A DNA stretch of 64,000 nucleotides from Eledone cirrhosa (Eukaryota). Location of the stretch: assembly GCA_964016885.1 (NCBI GenBank), contig OZ024759.1, positions 34,720,001-34,784,000 on the forward strand, written 5' to 3'. A program made the position numbers and the translations under genes. Below the pieces are notes generated by a model. The model did no database searches and was not told the DNA's origin. It saw nothing but the letters and a program-made list of their open reading frames with translations. Every line of letters begins with the position of its first letter. Position 1 is the stretch's first letter. Shown here piece after piece: positions 1 through 13,199 of the stretch.

Positions 1-74
1 ATATAGAGAGAGAGAGAGAGAGACATAGAGAGGAGGGAGCTGTAGGGAGGGAAGATATAGTAGAGAGAAGAGGA

Positions 75-105
<31 letters not shown>

Positions 106-155
106 CATAGAGAGGGGGAGCTGTAGAGAGGGAAGATATAGTAGAGAGAAGAGGA

Positions 156-186
<31 letters not shown>

Positions 187-237
187 CATAGAGAGGGGGG
201 AGCTGTAGGGAGGGAAGATATAGTAGAGAGAAGAGGA

Positions 238-270
<33 letters not shown>

Positions 271-401
271 CATAGAGAGGAGGGAGCTGTAGGGAGGGAA
301 GATATAGTAGAGAGAAGAGGAATATATATATATATATAGAGAGAGAGAGACATAGAGAGGAGGGAGCTGTAGGGAGGGAAGATATAGTAGAGAGAAGAGG
401 A

Positions 402-432
<31 letters not shown>

Positions 433-561
433 CATAGAGAGGAGGGAGCTGTAGGGAGGGAAGATATAGTAGAGAGAAGAGGAATATATATATATATATA
501 GAGAGAGAGAGACATAGAGAGGGGGGAGCTGTAGAGAGGGAAGATATAGTAGAGAGAAGAG

Positions 562-594
<33 letters not shown>

Positions 595-725
595 CATAGA
601 GAGGAGGGAGCTGTAGGGAGGGAAGATATAGTAGAGAGAAGAGGAATATATATATATATAGAGAGAGAGAGAGACATAGAGAGGAGGGAGCTGTAGGGAG
701 GGAAGATATAGTAGAGAGAAGAGGA

Positions 726-758
<33 letters not shown>

Positions 759-887
759 CATAGAGAGGGGGGAGGTGTAGGGAGGGAAGATATAGTAGAG
801 AGAAGAGGAATATATATATATATAGAGAGAGAGAGAGACATAGAGAGGGGGGAGCTGTAGGGAGGGAAGATATAGTAGAGAGAAGAG

Positions 888-923
<36 letters not shown>

Positions 924-925
924 GA
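1..925. repeat. Compound minisatellite, ~80-bp unit with embedded (TA)n/(GA)n, ~11 copies
   Basis: gacatagagaggagggagctgtagggagggaagatatagtagagagaagaggaa recurs every ~80 bp, separated by variable TA/GA runs; array runs off the window start. Confidence 0.95.
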
Positions 926-1032
926 GGGGGTATTCTACTTCCCTGTTGACTATAATTTGTCCATGTCTTAACAATCCCTAGTTTTAGATTAATAAAGAGC
1001 CAATATAAAATGAATGTATTTCCACTAAATAT

Positions 1033-1049
1033 CTGACATAAATCAAACG

Positions 1050-1138
<89 letters not shown>

Positions 1139-1720
1139 CCTCCTCTCTTTCTCCCTCCTCTCTTTCTCCAACTCTATCTTTCCGCTCCCTTCCTCTATCT
1201 CGATCTCTCACCACTTTCCCTCTCTCTCTGCTCTCTCTCCATCTCTCTCCCCACTCTTCCTCTATCTCTTTCTCTCACCCCTTTCGCAATCTATTTCTCT
1301 CTCTCTCTCTCTCTCCTCCCTTCCTCTATCTCTTTCTTTCTCTTTCTTTCTTTCCCCTCTCTCTCTCCTTCTTCCCCTCCCTTCCTCTATTTCTATCTCC
1401 CTCTCCTCTTCTCCTCTCTGTATCTTTCACCTCCCTTCCTCTGTCTCTATCTCCCTCTCCCTCTCTATCTCTATATTTCCCCTCCCTTCCTCTATTTCTA
1501 TCTTCCTCTTCTCCTCTCCCACTCCTTCTCTCCCTATCTCTCTCTCTCTCTCTCTCTATCTCTGTCTATCTATCTATCTATCTCTCTCACTCTCTCTCTA
1601 TCTTTCCCCTCCTTTCCTCTATTTCCATCTCCCTCTCCTCCTCTCCCTCTCCCTCTCTCTCTCTCTCTATCTTTCACCCCTCTTTCTCTCTCTCACTCCC
1701 ATCCACTTCCTACTTCTACT
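1033..1720. repeat. Degenerate (CT)n polypyrimidine tract
   Basis: Almost pure C/T on + strand. Confidence 0.9.
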
Positions 1721-1956
1721 TTCACCCTCCTGGGAAATCACGGTCTTCGCAAGGAATTGCTTTCTTCAGCCATTGACAATCTTGTAGAATATTGCTTTGG
1801 CGTTCACCATCAAACGACCAATACTTGATCACTTCTGTGTCGGTGGCGGAAATACTGTGTAAAGATAGAGTAGCGGGGAAAAACTGATTACGTTTGCAAT
1901 GGCGGGAAAACTGTGGTGTCCAGCAGCCATACTTAACTTATATCATCTTACCGTCC

Positions 1957-2083
1957 TTGTTGTTGCTGTTGTTGTTGTTGTTGGTGTTGGTGTTGTTGTT
2001 GTTATTGGTGTTGTAGCTGTTGTTGTTGTTGTTGTTGTTGTTGGTATTGTCGTTGTTGCTATTGTTGTTGTTGATGTTGTCTT

Positions 2084-2114
<31 letters not shown>

Positions 2115-2356
2115 TTATTGGTGTTGTTGTTGTTATTGGTGTTGTAGCTGTTGTTGTTATTGTTGTCGTAGCTGTTGTTGTTGTTGTTGTTGTCGTCGTT
2201 GTCATCGTTGTTGTTGTTATTGGTGTTGTTGTTGTTGTTGTCGTTGGTGGTGTTTATATTTTTATTTATTTTATTTGTTTGGTGGTGGCTTTTGGTAGAG
2301 TTTTATTTGTTGGTTGTCATTCATTGTTGTTCTTGTTGTTGTTATTCATGTTGTAG

Positions 2357-2388
<32 letters not shown>

Positions 2389-2640
2389 GGTGGTGGTGGT
2401 GGTGTTTATATTTTATTTATTTTGTTTGTTTATTTGGGGTGTTTATTGTGTTTTTCTGGGGCAGAGTTTTTTTGTTGGTTGTCATTCATTGTTGTTCTTG
2501 TTGTCGTTGTTATTCATGTTGTAGTTGTTGTTGTTGTCGTTGTTGGTGGTGTTTATATTTTATTTATTTTGTTTGTTTATTTGGAGTGTTTATTGAGTTT
2601 TTCTGGGGCTTTATGGTGGGGTTTTTTTTTGTTATTTGTT
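1957..2640. repeat. (GTT)n/(GGT)n microsatellite with local duplications
   Basis: Trinucleotide runs; ggtgtttatatttt recurs three times and ttggttgtcattcattgttgttcttg twice. Confidence 0.85.
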
Positions 2641-2702
2641 TATGTGTTTCCTCATTCCAAGTGAACGAGTGAAGGAGTGTGTTTGCCGAGAGAGTGGAGT
2701 CT

Positions 2703-2717
2703 AGAAGATTCTAGAAG
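2703..2717. promoter_or_regulatory. Heat-shock-element-like motif
   Basis: aGAAgaTTCtaGAAg = three alternating nGAAn pentamers; arises from a 10-bp tandem duplication. Confidence 0.3.
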
Positions 2718-2827
2718 ATTTCCATTGTGGCCTTTTTCTCCTCTTTTTTGCCTCATCAATTTCAATTTCCTTTCCCAATGACAGACTTGAAGTTCACTTA
2801 ATTCTCTATTGGAAATATATACGCATG

Positions 2828-2913
<86 letters not shown>

Positions 2914-2922
2914 GTCTATGTT

Positions 2923-3060
<138 letters not shown>

Positions 3061-3224
3061 GGCGTCTGTCTGTGAAGTCAACACTCCACACACTACCACA
3101 CCACTCCACCACTCCCCCCTGTATCTCAGTCTCACTACTGTCCCATAAGAATTATCCGAGCTTCAAATTCATTTCTTTTCAGCTTGATTGATCCCTAGCT
3201 CAGTAACATCAAACGTCGGTCTCC

Positions 3225-3248
3225 TTACTACTACTGCTACTACTACTG

Positions 3249-3280
<32 letters not shown>

Positions 3281-3389
3281 GTTACAGATACTACTAGTAC
3301 TACTTCTACTACTACTACTAATAATAATAATAGTGTTACAAATACTACTACTACTGTTACTGTTACCTCTACTACTACTACTACTACTG

Positions 3390-3432
<43 letters not shown>

Positions 3433-3581
3433 TACTACTACTACTACTACTACTATCACTACTACTACTACTGTTACAGATACTACTACTACTGCTACTG
3501 TTACCTCCACTACTACTACTACTACTATTACTGCTACCACCTCTACTATCGCTACTAGTAACAGCAGCAGTGGTAGTCCTT

Positions 3582-3623
<42 letters not shown>

Positions 3624-3704
3624 TTACTACTACCACTACTAGATGTAGTAGTAGTTTGTTAGTAACGCTGGTGGTCGTAATATTAATAGTAGTAATAGTA
3701 ATGC

Positions 3705-3751
<47 letters not shown>

Positions 3752-3829
3752 CTAGTTAGTAACACTTGTGGTGGTGGTGGCAGTAGTATTAGTAGTAGTA
3801 GTGCTAGTTTGTTAGTAACACTGGTGGCT

Positions 3830-3897
<68 letters not shown>

Positions 3898-3965
3898 TTG
3901 TTAGTAACACTGGTGGCTGTAGTAGTAGTAGTAGTAGTAGTAGTTTGTTAGTAACACTGGTTGCT

Positions 3966-4021
<56 letters not shown>

Positions 4022-4042
4022 TTGTTAGTAACACTGGTGGCT

Positions 4043-4090
<48 letters not shown>
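3225..4090. repeat. (TAC)n switching to (TAG)n microsatellite
   Basis: TAC runs to ~3555, then the reverse-complement TAG runs punctuated by gttagtaacactggtggctg. Confidence 0.9.
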
Positions 4091-4091
<1 letters not shown>

Positions 4092-4344
4092 CGTTATTGA
4101 TGTTGGTTTTTTTGTTTTCCATATTTCTTTTGTTTGATAATGGTAACTTTCCTGGAACTCCAGTTCCAAACAACTCAAAAGTATCTTTTATCACTCTTCA
4201 GAAATGTTGATTGTTTAGCTGCAGTTTTACGAGATATTTCCCCTTCATTAATTTCTTTGATTGCCATGGTGACAAATTCCAACCTAATCCCATAAACTCT
4301 ATCATTCTATCTATCTATCTCTCTCTCTCTCTCTCCCTCCCTAC

Positions 4345-4381
<37 letters not shown>

Positions 4382-4407
4382 CCTCCCCCCTCTCTCTATC
4401 TCTCTCT

Positions 4408-4456
<49 letters not shown>

Positions 4457-4607
4457 TCACTCTCTCTCTCCCCCTCTCACTCTCACTATCTCTCACTCTC
4501 TCTCCCTCACTCACTCTCTCTCTCTCTCTCTCTCTCTTTATATATATATATATGTTGTGTGTGTCGTTCTATATCGCTATATAATCCTCTCTCTCTCTCT
4601 CTACTTC

Positions 4608-4644
<37 letters not shown>

Positions 4645-4649
4645 ACTTC

Positions 4650-4699
<50 letters not shown>

Positions 4700-4765
4700 T
4701 TCACTCTTTACATGATTCAAAAGTAGCCACTGTGAAGTAGAACCGTGTCGTTCAAGCACTATTGA

Positions 4766-4910
<145 letters not shown>

Positions 4911-5202
4911 CACACACTTCAGAATCGATCGCTTTTGAAAAGTGGAAGTAAGAAGAAGTAGAACAACAACAACAACAACAAACAACGAATAAAAAGTGAC
5001 AAACTAGTACACACACACATACACACACATACACACACACACATACACACACACACGCATAAATAAACCACAAACATGCATACATGTATACAAGCTCACA
5101 TACATACACACATATAACTTGTGCGCACATACACACAAACGCACACAAACATCAATCCATATACAAACACTCACTCACACACATACAGACATACATCTAC
5201 GC

Positions 5203-5580
5203 CAGTGGTTCTCAACGGTGGGCCAAGGGCCCACTCAGTGGGCTCGGGACAATTTTGAGTGGGCCCGAAGAAATTTCAGTGGGCCTGGAAATGTTTTCAG
5301 ACTTTCTTGGAACTTAAGATCACACAAAATTTAAATGCAGTCGGGATGATATGGGGGTAAGTGTTCCAGAATTCTCTTTGAGCACTGACCCTGGCAATTA
5401 CTAGGGAGTAAAGTGGGCCGGTAGAACAAAAAGATTGAGAAGCACTAGTATATATATCATGTGGGGGTTATAGTCCGGAATAGTTTTAGAGCACTAGTTT
5501 ACGCTTGTAAAATAAGTGGGCCCGGACATTTTTCGGGAGCTAAAAGTAGGCCCGGGGGTCAAAAAGGTTGAGAAACACTG
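5203..5580. mobile_element. Non-autonomous hAT (Charlie/MER5-like) element
   Basis: TIRs cagtggttctcaac ... gttgagaaacactg; 8-bp flanks atctacgc/atccacac (6/8 match, eroded TSD); extra internal right-TIR-like attgagaagcacta at 5434-5447. Confidence 0.75.
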
Positions 5581-5817
5581 ATCCACACATAGACACAGAC
5601 ATATACATCCAACCACATTTACGTATAGACACACAAACACATTCGATCCTACAACTACATATACACATATGTCCACATATATATCCTAGAGAGGGTCAGG
5701 CTTAAACAGCCTAAGGAACACCGTATGTCAATACGGTGCCCTTACGACTCTATCATGAGATACGGGGCCATAAATACATATCTACGTACTCTGGTGTGTT
5801 GATCAGAGGTAAATAAT

Positions 5818-6003
5818 TGTTTCTACGTTAGGCACAAGGCCAGCAATTACCCAGTGTATTACTGGTACTTTATTTTATCGACCCCTTAAGGATGAAAGGC
5901 AAAGTTAACCTCGGCGGGATTTGAACTCAGAATGGCAAGGGCCGTAACTCTATGCGTCAAAGCATGGCATCCGACACTCTACCAATACTGCCAATCCACC
6001 GCC
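5818..6003 (-). mobile_element. Full-length tRNA-derived SINE with 18-bp TSD
   Basis: Minus strand has A-box-like TGGCAGTATTGG and B-box GAGTTCAAATCC; TSD tgatcagaggtaaataat at 5800-5817 and 6004-6021; multiple copies in window. Confidence 0.92.
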
Positions 6004-6138
6004 TGATCAGAGGTAAATAATGTATTGGAGATCGAGTGAGGCAACTTCAAGCGAGTAGCGACCTCTAGACTCACCTGATCAACGAAACAATTGTCAGTAC
6101 TTGTAATAAAGCCCCTTATTGTACAGCCATTCTTTCAC

Positions 6139-6170
<32 letters not shown>

Positions 6171-6180
6171 ATATAGAAAT

Positions 6181-6231
6181 GGCTTCTAAAGGACTAGAAC
6201 TGTTTCATTCGTGAGAAATCATCAGGAAGCC
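6181..6231 (-). ncRNA. Hammerhead ribozyme motif, inverted copy
   Basis: Same core on minus strand with perfect stem I GGCUUC/GAAGCC, but CUUUA instead of CUGUA breaks one stem III pair. Confidence 0.6.
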
Positions 6232-6330
6232 GACTGTCCAAGTAATATGACGGTATTTATACCTTTTCTGGTGGTAGGAGAGGGTGGTCATTGCGAAAGG
6301 TATAAATACCGCCATATTACTTGGACAGTC

Positions 6331-6381
6331 GGCTTCCTGATGATTTCTCACGAATGAAACAGTTCTAGTCCTGTAGAAGTC
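6331..6381 (+). ncRNA. Type I hammerhead ribozyme motif
   Basis: GGCUUC-CUGAUGA-uUUCucacGAAu-GAAACAG-uucuaguc-CUGUA^GAAGUC; intact core, stem I 6 bp (one GU), stem III ACAG/CUGU, predicted cleavage after 6375; stem II weak. Confidence 0.75.
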
Positions 6382-7078
6382 ATTTCTATATTAAAATATT
6401 TATACTCTGCTATGTATTGAGTACCTTACTTACTGTGGTTACCCCCCGATTGAACCTGGGATAAGCATATATATAGGTACATATATATATATGTGTATAT
6501 ATATATATATATATAACACCTTTTCTGCACCTCATGTCATTCTTCTTTGTCTCCACGTTGGACTACAGTTCACATTCCTTATTATTCTCTTCTGTTTTAC
6601 TATTTCTCTCCTTTCTATAGTTTTTTCTCTTCAGGCTAAGTCCTCCTCATTCTCTCCCTTCTTTGTCAGCTGTCACACTTGAGACACTTTTTCATCTATA
6701 TTTGTGTAATTTGCCTAAAGTCATAATTTGTCTCTGTTTTTTTGTGTCCCAATATGCACTGGGACGATTGGTATCAACCTCAACCTACTGAAACCGTAGT
6801 GATTTTCAGATGTTGCCTGAGGAGATGAGACTGTCCGTTTTTTCTTTGTTTTATCCTGTGCACCTCACCCATTGTTTTAAGACGGCCGTCACGTGCGATG
6901 TGTCTGAGGAGGTGTTAGCTGTTATATTATTTTTTTCACAAGTTTAAAGTCTTCGTTCAACAGATACAATGAGAATTAGCTTAGAAAACTGAGATAATGA
7001 AGAAAGTTCAACGTCCATCGTTGAGTGTCGTTGTGTGATGTGATATGATGTAACGAGACGAGATGAGATGAGAGAGAA

Positions 7079-7118
<40 letters not shown>

Positions 7119-7119
7119 G

Positions 7120-7179
<60 letters not shown>

Positions 7180-7552
7180 CTCGTATGTAATAATGTTTAA
7201 TGAGAGAAAAATGGTTGAATTGCGAGAATTCTTTGGAAACATCAGAGGAAATGAAATAATTGTTTCAAAATAGAACACAAATAGTTCCATGGAAACCTTT
7301 TCTCACAGAATCCCATGGCAAGAATTCAGTATTAAGTAAATTGTCCTCTAATTTCTTGTGTTCCATTGTGTTGTTAGCGTCTGTTTGTATGTCTGTCTGT
7401 CTGTCTGTCTGTGAGTTTGTGTCTGCCTGTACTCTGTGAGTTTGTGTCTGTTTGACTGTGTTTGCGTATATCTGTGTGTCTCAGTGTCTCTGTGTTTATA
7501 TGGGTGTGTGAGTGTGAGTTCCTGTGTGTGTGTGTGTTTGTGTGTACAACTC

Positions 7553-8310
7553 TACATGTACAACTGTGGCTAAAATGACTCTTCAACACCTTAATTTCTT
7601 TAGCTAAAACACACCACAGTTTCAGATCAAGTCACTTGCCAGACATGTTTAACTGTAGCTAAAATGACTCTTCAACACACAGTCTCGGCTCAAGTCACCA
7701 GACATGTATAACTGTAGCTAAAATGACTCTTCAACACACAGTCTCGGCTCAAGTCACCAGACATGTTTAACTGTAGCTAAAATGACTCTTCAACACACAG
7801 TCTCGGCTCAAGTCACCAGACATGTATAACTGTAGCTAAAATGATTCTTCAACACACAGTCTCGGCTCAAGTCACCAGACATGTATAACTGTAGCTAAAA
7901 TGATTCTTCAACACACAGTCTCGGCTCAAGTCACCAGACATGTTTAACTGTAGCTAAAATGACTCTTCAACACACAGTCTCGGCTCAAGTCACCAGACAT
8001 GTATAACTGTAGCTAAAATGATTCTTCAACACACAGTCTCGGCTCAAGTCACCAGACATGTATAACTGTAGCTAAAATGATTCTTCAACACACAGTCTCG
8101 GCTCAAGTCACCAGACATGTATAACTGTAGCTAAAATGATTCTTCAACACACAGTCTCGGCTCAAGTCACCAGACATGTTTAACTGTGGCTTAAATGACT
8201 GTTCAAGATAGCACAGTCCCGGCTCAAGTCACCAGACATGTACAAATGTAGCTAAAATGATTCTTCAACACACCACAGTGTCAGATGAAGTCACTTACCA
8301 GACATATACA
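7553..8310. repeat. 59-bp complex minisatellite, ~12 copies
   Basis: cacagtctcggctcaagtcaccagacatgtataactgtagctaaaatgactcttcaaca; near-identical core, degenerate edges. Confidence 0.97.
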
Positions 8311-9258
8311 ACTCGGAACTTTATGAATAATATGGTATTTGTCAGGAGTTTCAAGTGTATTATACACTTTCTTTTTTCTCACAAATTACCAAAGTTCAAC
8401 TTAACTAAAAGTGCGTGCAACGAGGACTTTCTCAAACTCTTCAAAAACGTTCTTAACTATAAATGTCCTCTAGTGTCTTTTTTTCTGTCTCTGTACTAAG
8501 TAACCGAAACTATTTATGATAGATAAATTGGTCTGCTGTCCTACACATTGTTCTCTCCCTCTCTCTCTATATATATATATCGCTCTCTTTCTCTATCTAT
8601 CGCCCTCTCTCCCTCTCCCTCTCTCTCTCTCTATATATATATATAGCTCTCTTTCTCTATCTATCGCCCTCTCTCTCTCCCTCTCTCTCTTCTCTATCTT
8701 TCTATCGCTCTAGCTCTTTCTCTCTATCTCTATCTATCACTCTCACTCTCTCTATCTCTCTCTATATATCTATCTATCTATCTATCTCTCTCCCTCGCTC
8801 TCTGTTTCTCTTTCTCTCTTTCTATTGCTCTCTCACTCCCTCTCTCTCTCTCTTTCTTTCTCTCACTCTCTCTTTCTCTGTCTCCCCCTCTTTTTCTTTC
8901 GCCTTTTGTTTTTGGTTTTATTTCATATTCTATTCGTTTCGTTTCGTTTTGTTTTGTTGTTGTTTTTTATCTCCAATTCCGGAATTCAATTTTTGACAAA
9001 GAGAAACCATTTTTTTGTTATCGTTGTTATTGTTATTGTTGTTGTTGTTGTTGTTGTTATTGTTATTGTATCCAAGTCTACCATTCTTCTGTTTGATTTG
9101 GCAAATAACCAAACTCTTGAACAAGTTCTTCACCTTAATTTATTGCTCTGCTAACGCCATCATCATATCGTCATTAGAATTCTCTGCCGCCAATTAAGAA
9201 GGATTGGCTCCATTCTACAATATGAAAAGAAATATACTTAAAAACCACAACAACAACA

Positions 9259-9304
<46 letters not shown>

Positions 9305-9335
9305 TAATAACAATAATAGTAATAATGATTTCATT

Positions 9336-9372
<37 letters not shown>

Positions 9373-10274
9373 GTTCTTTTATTTTTGTTTTATATTTTAA
9401 TGTAAGACAAGCATTAAAATTCTCTTGTTATGTCAATTGGCTTAAATGTAAAGAATGATTCTTTAATTGGCTGTAAATTTACCACTTCGCTAAATTTTTA
9501 ATATTTTGTTATGGTAGTTGTTGTTGTTGGTGTTGTAGATGTTGTTGTTGTTGTAGGGGGATGTATAGAAGGAGGGTTGTTATAATTGAAGTTGTTGTAG
9601 TCGTGTTTGTTTTTGTAGTTGTTGTTTTAGGGAGATGTATAGGAGGACTTCTTGTCTTGGCATTTTTTGGGTTTTGTTTGTTTGTTTGTAAGGGGGGGGG
9701 TATTTTGCTGGGAATTCATTTTCTGATTTTTTTTATTATTTTTTATATATATATTCATTTTTGTTGTTTTTTGTTTGACGGGGGGGGGGTCGTTCAATAA
9801 CTTATTATTATTTTGTTTGTTAAACTTTTCTTCTTTTCTCTCTCCAAACCGTTTAAAAAGTTCCTCATGTGTAACGTGTAGATTTACACTCAACTAAATC
9901 TCTCACAATTATTTCACCCCTGACGAGGTTTTTTTTCTTTTTATTATCTTTATTTTATTTCATTTCATTTCACTTTATTTATATATATATTTATTTATTT
10001 TTATATTACCTTATTTTATTTTATTGTTTTCTATTGTATTGTATATATTTTTTATCTTAAATCAATTTAAAAGATACTGAATTCAATATAATGTAATTTA
10101 ATTTAATAAAATGAGTTTTTTTTAATAAAAAGAAACAAGGTAGACGAAAGAAAGGGCTGGGTGAATTGGAGAATCTCCATGTTTAAGGGATGAAAGTTCT
10201 CACCCCTGGCGATGTTTCTGTTCAGTCAGAGAGAAATTCCGATGGAGAAAAAAGAGACACAAAAATGTATATCT

Positions 10275-11285
10275 CCTGTGTGTGTATATATGTATTTGTA
10301 TGTGTGTGTATATATGTATTTGTATGTGTGTGTATATATGTATTTGTATGTGTGTGTATATATGTATTTGTATGTGTGTGTATATATGTATTTGTATGTG
10401 TGTACCTGCATGTGTGTGTATGTAGATATACCTCTGTGTGAATATACCTCTGTGTGTTTGTGTGCGAGTATGTATGTGTGTATTTGAGTATCTGTGTGTG
10501 TGTGTGAGAGTATATATGTGTGTTTGTGTCTGTGCGACTATGTCTGTGTGTGTGAGTATGCCTGTGTATGTCTCTGTAAGTATGTCTGCGTGCGTGTTTA
10601 AATGCGTATTTGTGAGTATGTCTGTGTGTGTCTGTGTGTGTGTGAGTATGCCTGTGGTATCAGTGTGTGTCTGTGTGTATATGCCTATGTGTTTGTATGT
10701 GTGTGTAAGTATGCCTATGTGTTTATGTGTGTGTAAGTATGTATCTGTGTATGAGTCGGTGCAGGTATGTCTCTGTGTGTATATGTGTGTGTGTGTCTGT
10801 ATGAGTATGTCTCTATGTATGTGTGTATGTGTCAGTATGTCTCTATGTATGTATGTGTATGTCAGTACGTCTCTATGTATGTGTATGTATGTATGTCTCT
10901 ATGTATGTATATGTCAGTACGTCTCTATGTACGTATGTGTATGTATGTATGTCTCTATGTATGTCTCTAGTATGTATGTGTATGTCAGTACGTCTCTATG
11001 TATGTATGTATGTGTATGTATGTGTATGTATGTCTCTATGTATGTATGTGTATGTCAGTACGTCTCTATGTATGTGTATGTATGTATGTCTCTATGTATG
11101 TATATGTCAGTACGTCTCTATGTATGTGTATGTATGTATGTCTCTATGTATGTCTCTATGTATGTATGTGTATGTCAGTACGTCTCTATGTATGTATGTG
11201 TATGTATGTCTCTATGTATGTGTGTGTATGTCAGTATGTCTATGTATATGTGTGAGTCTATGCAAGTATATGTGTCTGTGTGTGA
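10275..11285. repeat. (TG/TATG)n compound repeat with 24-bp and longer higher-order units
   Basis: tgtgtgtatatatgtatttgtatg x5; recurrent gtcagtacgtctctatg. Confidence 0.9.
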
Positions 11286-12419
11286 GACTGCGCATGTTTG
11301 TGACATTTGTGGTTGTTTTTTAAGGTAAGCTCTAGTGTAAGCTCTGCTGAGGAGGAACCAATCCTTCCTCCCCCTCCTCTCTTCTAATGGTGCGGAATAA
11401 AGGAGAATATTAAGAAATTTAATAGGAAAATTAGTGGAAGGGCAAATAACTCGATTATTTTAATGAGTAAGGTGAATAAGGTTGGAGGGACGGTGGGTGG
11501 TGGTGGAGGAGGGGTGGGAGGAGTGGTGGGGTGGGATGTCTGTTAGAGCTTGTAGGGTAAGTGTGAAGTGGTGAGGGTTGGGGTGAGAGTGTGGTGTTGA
11601 CATCGTTTTACATGCTGAAGGGGGGGGGGGGGGTCTATGGTGATGGTGGTGGTGGTGGTGGTGGTGGTGTTGGTGGTGGTGACTATGGTGTGGTGAATGA
11701 TGATGGTGATGGTGGCGGTGATGATGGTGGTGGTGGTGGTGGTGTTGGTGATGGTGGTGGTGGTCGTGGTCGTGGTGGTGACTATGGTGTGGTGAATGAT
11801 GATGGTGATGGTGGCGGTGATGATGGTGGTGGTGGTGATGGTGGTGGTGGTGGTGCGGGCGATGATGGTGGTGTTGTTGGTGGTGGTGGTGGTGGTGGCA
11901 AAGGTGGGGTGGTAGTAAGGATGACGATAAATGTTGGTTCTGGTGATTGCGATGGTGATGTTGATGGTGGGAATGGTGTCAGTGGGGGCGTAAAGGTGTT
12001 GGCGGTGGTAAAGATGGGGCGGGGTGGTATTGGTTGCAGTGGTGACAGTTGTGGCTGAGATGACATTGATGCAGGAAATGGTGAGATGGTGGCGGAAATG
12101 ATGACACTGATGACAGTGATGATGATGATAATGATGATGATACTGATGGTGATGGTGATGATGGTGAAGATGATGATGGTGGTGATGATGATGATGATGA
12201 TGGTTACCGTGAAGAAGAAATAGTGATGGTGGTGGTCTCATTTGTCGTGATTGGTGGTGGTATTTGTAGTAGTGATGGCGGTGAGGGTGACAACCGTTGT
12301 GGTGTTGGTGGTGGTGGTGCTGTTAGTGGCCGTGCTAATGATAGCAGTAGTAGCAGCAGCAGCAGCAGCAGCAAGAGGAGATAACTCCTTTTAAGTCTCT
12401 ACTGTTATGAAGTTAGATT

Positions 12420-13130
12420 AACCATCCAACAAACCAGCTAACCATCCAACCCACGGATAAACTATACAACTAACTAACTAACTAACCAACCAACCAATGT
12501 AACATCCAGCCATCGAACCAGCCAACCAATGAACGATCCATCCTATCAGCCAACCAACCAACAGCCAGCCAATTATCCATTCAAAACAACTTCTCAACTA
12601 ACCATCCAACCAAACAAAAATCCAGGCAGCCAACCATCCATCAGACCAGCTAATGAACCAGCCGTCTAACCATCAAGCCAGCCAGCCAATCACCCATCTA
12701 GCCAGCCAGCTAATCAACCAACCAGCCGTCTAACCATTGAGCCAGCCAGCCAATCATCTATCAAGCCATCCAGCCAGCCAGCCAATCATCTATCAATCCA
12801 TCCAGCCAGCCAGCCAATCATCTATCAAGCCAGCCAGCCAGCCAAACATGTATCAAGCCATCCAACCAGCCAGCTAATCATCTATCAAGCCAGCCAGCCA
12901 GCCAATCATCTATCAAACCAGCCAGCCAATCATCTATCAAGCCAGCCAGCCAGCCAGCCAATCATCTATCAAGCCAGCCATCCAATCATCTATCAAGCCA
13001 TCCAGCCAGTCAGCCAATCATCTATCAAGCCAGCCAGCCAGCCAGCCAATCATCTATCAAGCCATCCAGCCAGTCAGCCAATCATCTATCAAACCAGCCT
13101 CTCAGTCAACCAACCAACCGTCTAACCAGA
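12420..13130. repeat. (CAAC/CAGC)n-derived minisatellite
   Basis: Repeated aatcatctatcaagccagccagcc. Confidence 0.9.
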
Positions 13131-13199
13131 CAACATACTGTGGATGTAGTTACTTAGATGAAACCACCTACCATACAACTTTAAGATTTCAACGCCTGG

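Larger units (their letters stand above)
6169..6467. mobile_element. Penelope-like element remnant (inverted pLTR-like pair plus 3' tail)
   Basis: ~98-bp inverted arms 6169-6266/6296-6393, each with a hammerhead motif; tail ...ccgattgaacctggga also at ~14845-14860. Confidence 0.6.

Noticed and set aside
3188-3904. Mucin-like Thr/Ser ORF
   Set aside because: Single-codon (ACT/AGT) microsatellite runs with no convincing exon structure
5900-6003. tRNA gene suggested by A/B boxes
   Set aside because: Boxes belong to a multi-copy SINE head with a TSD; no full cloverleaf evident
6810-6915. CTGAGGAG strings resembling hammerhead cores
   Set aside because: No properly placed GAAA or supporting stems downstream
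7553-8310. CRISPR-like regular repeat (also the 16-bp and 27-bp arrays)
   Set aside because: Units are contiguous with no unique spacers, no cas genes, eukaryotic context
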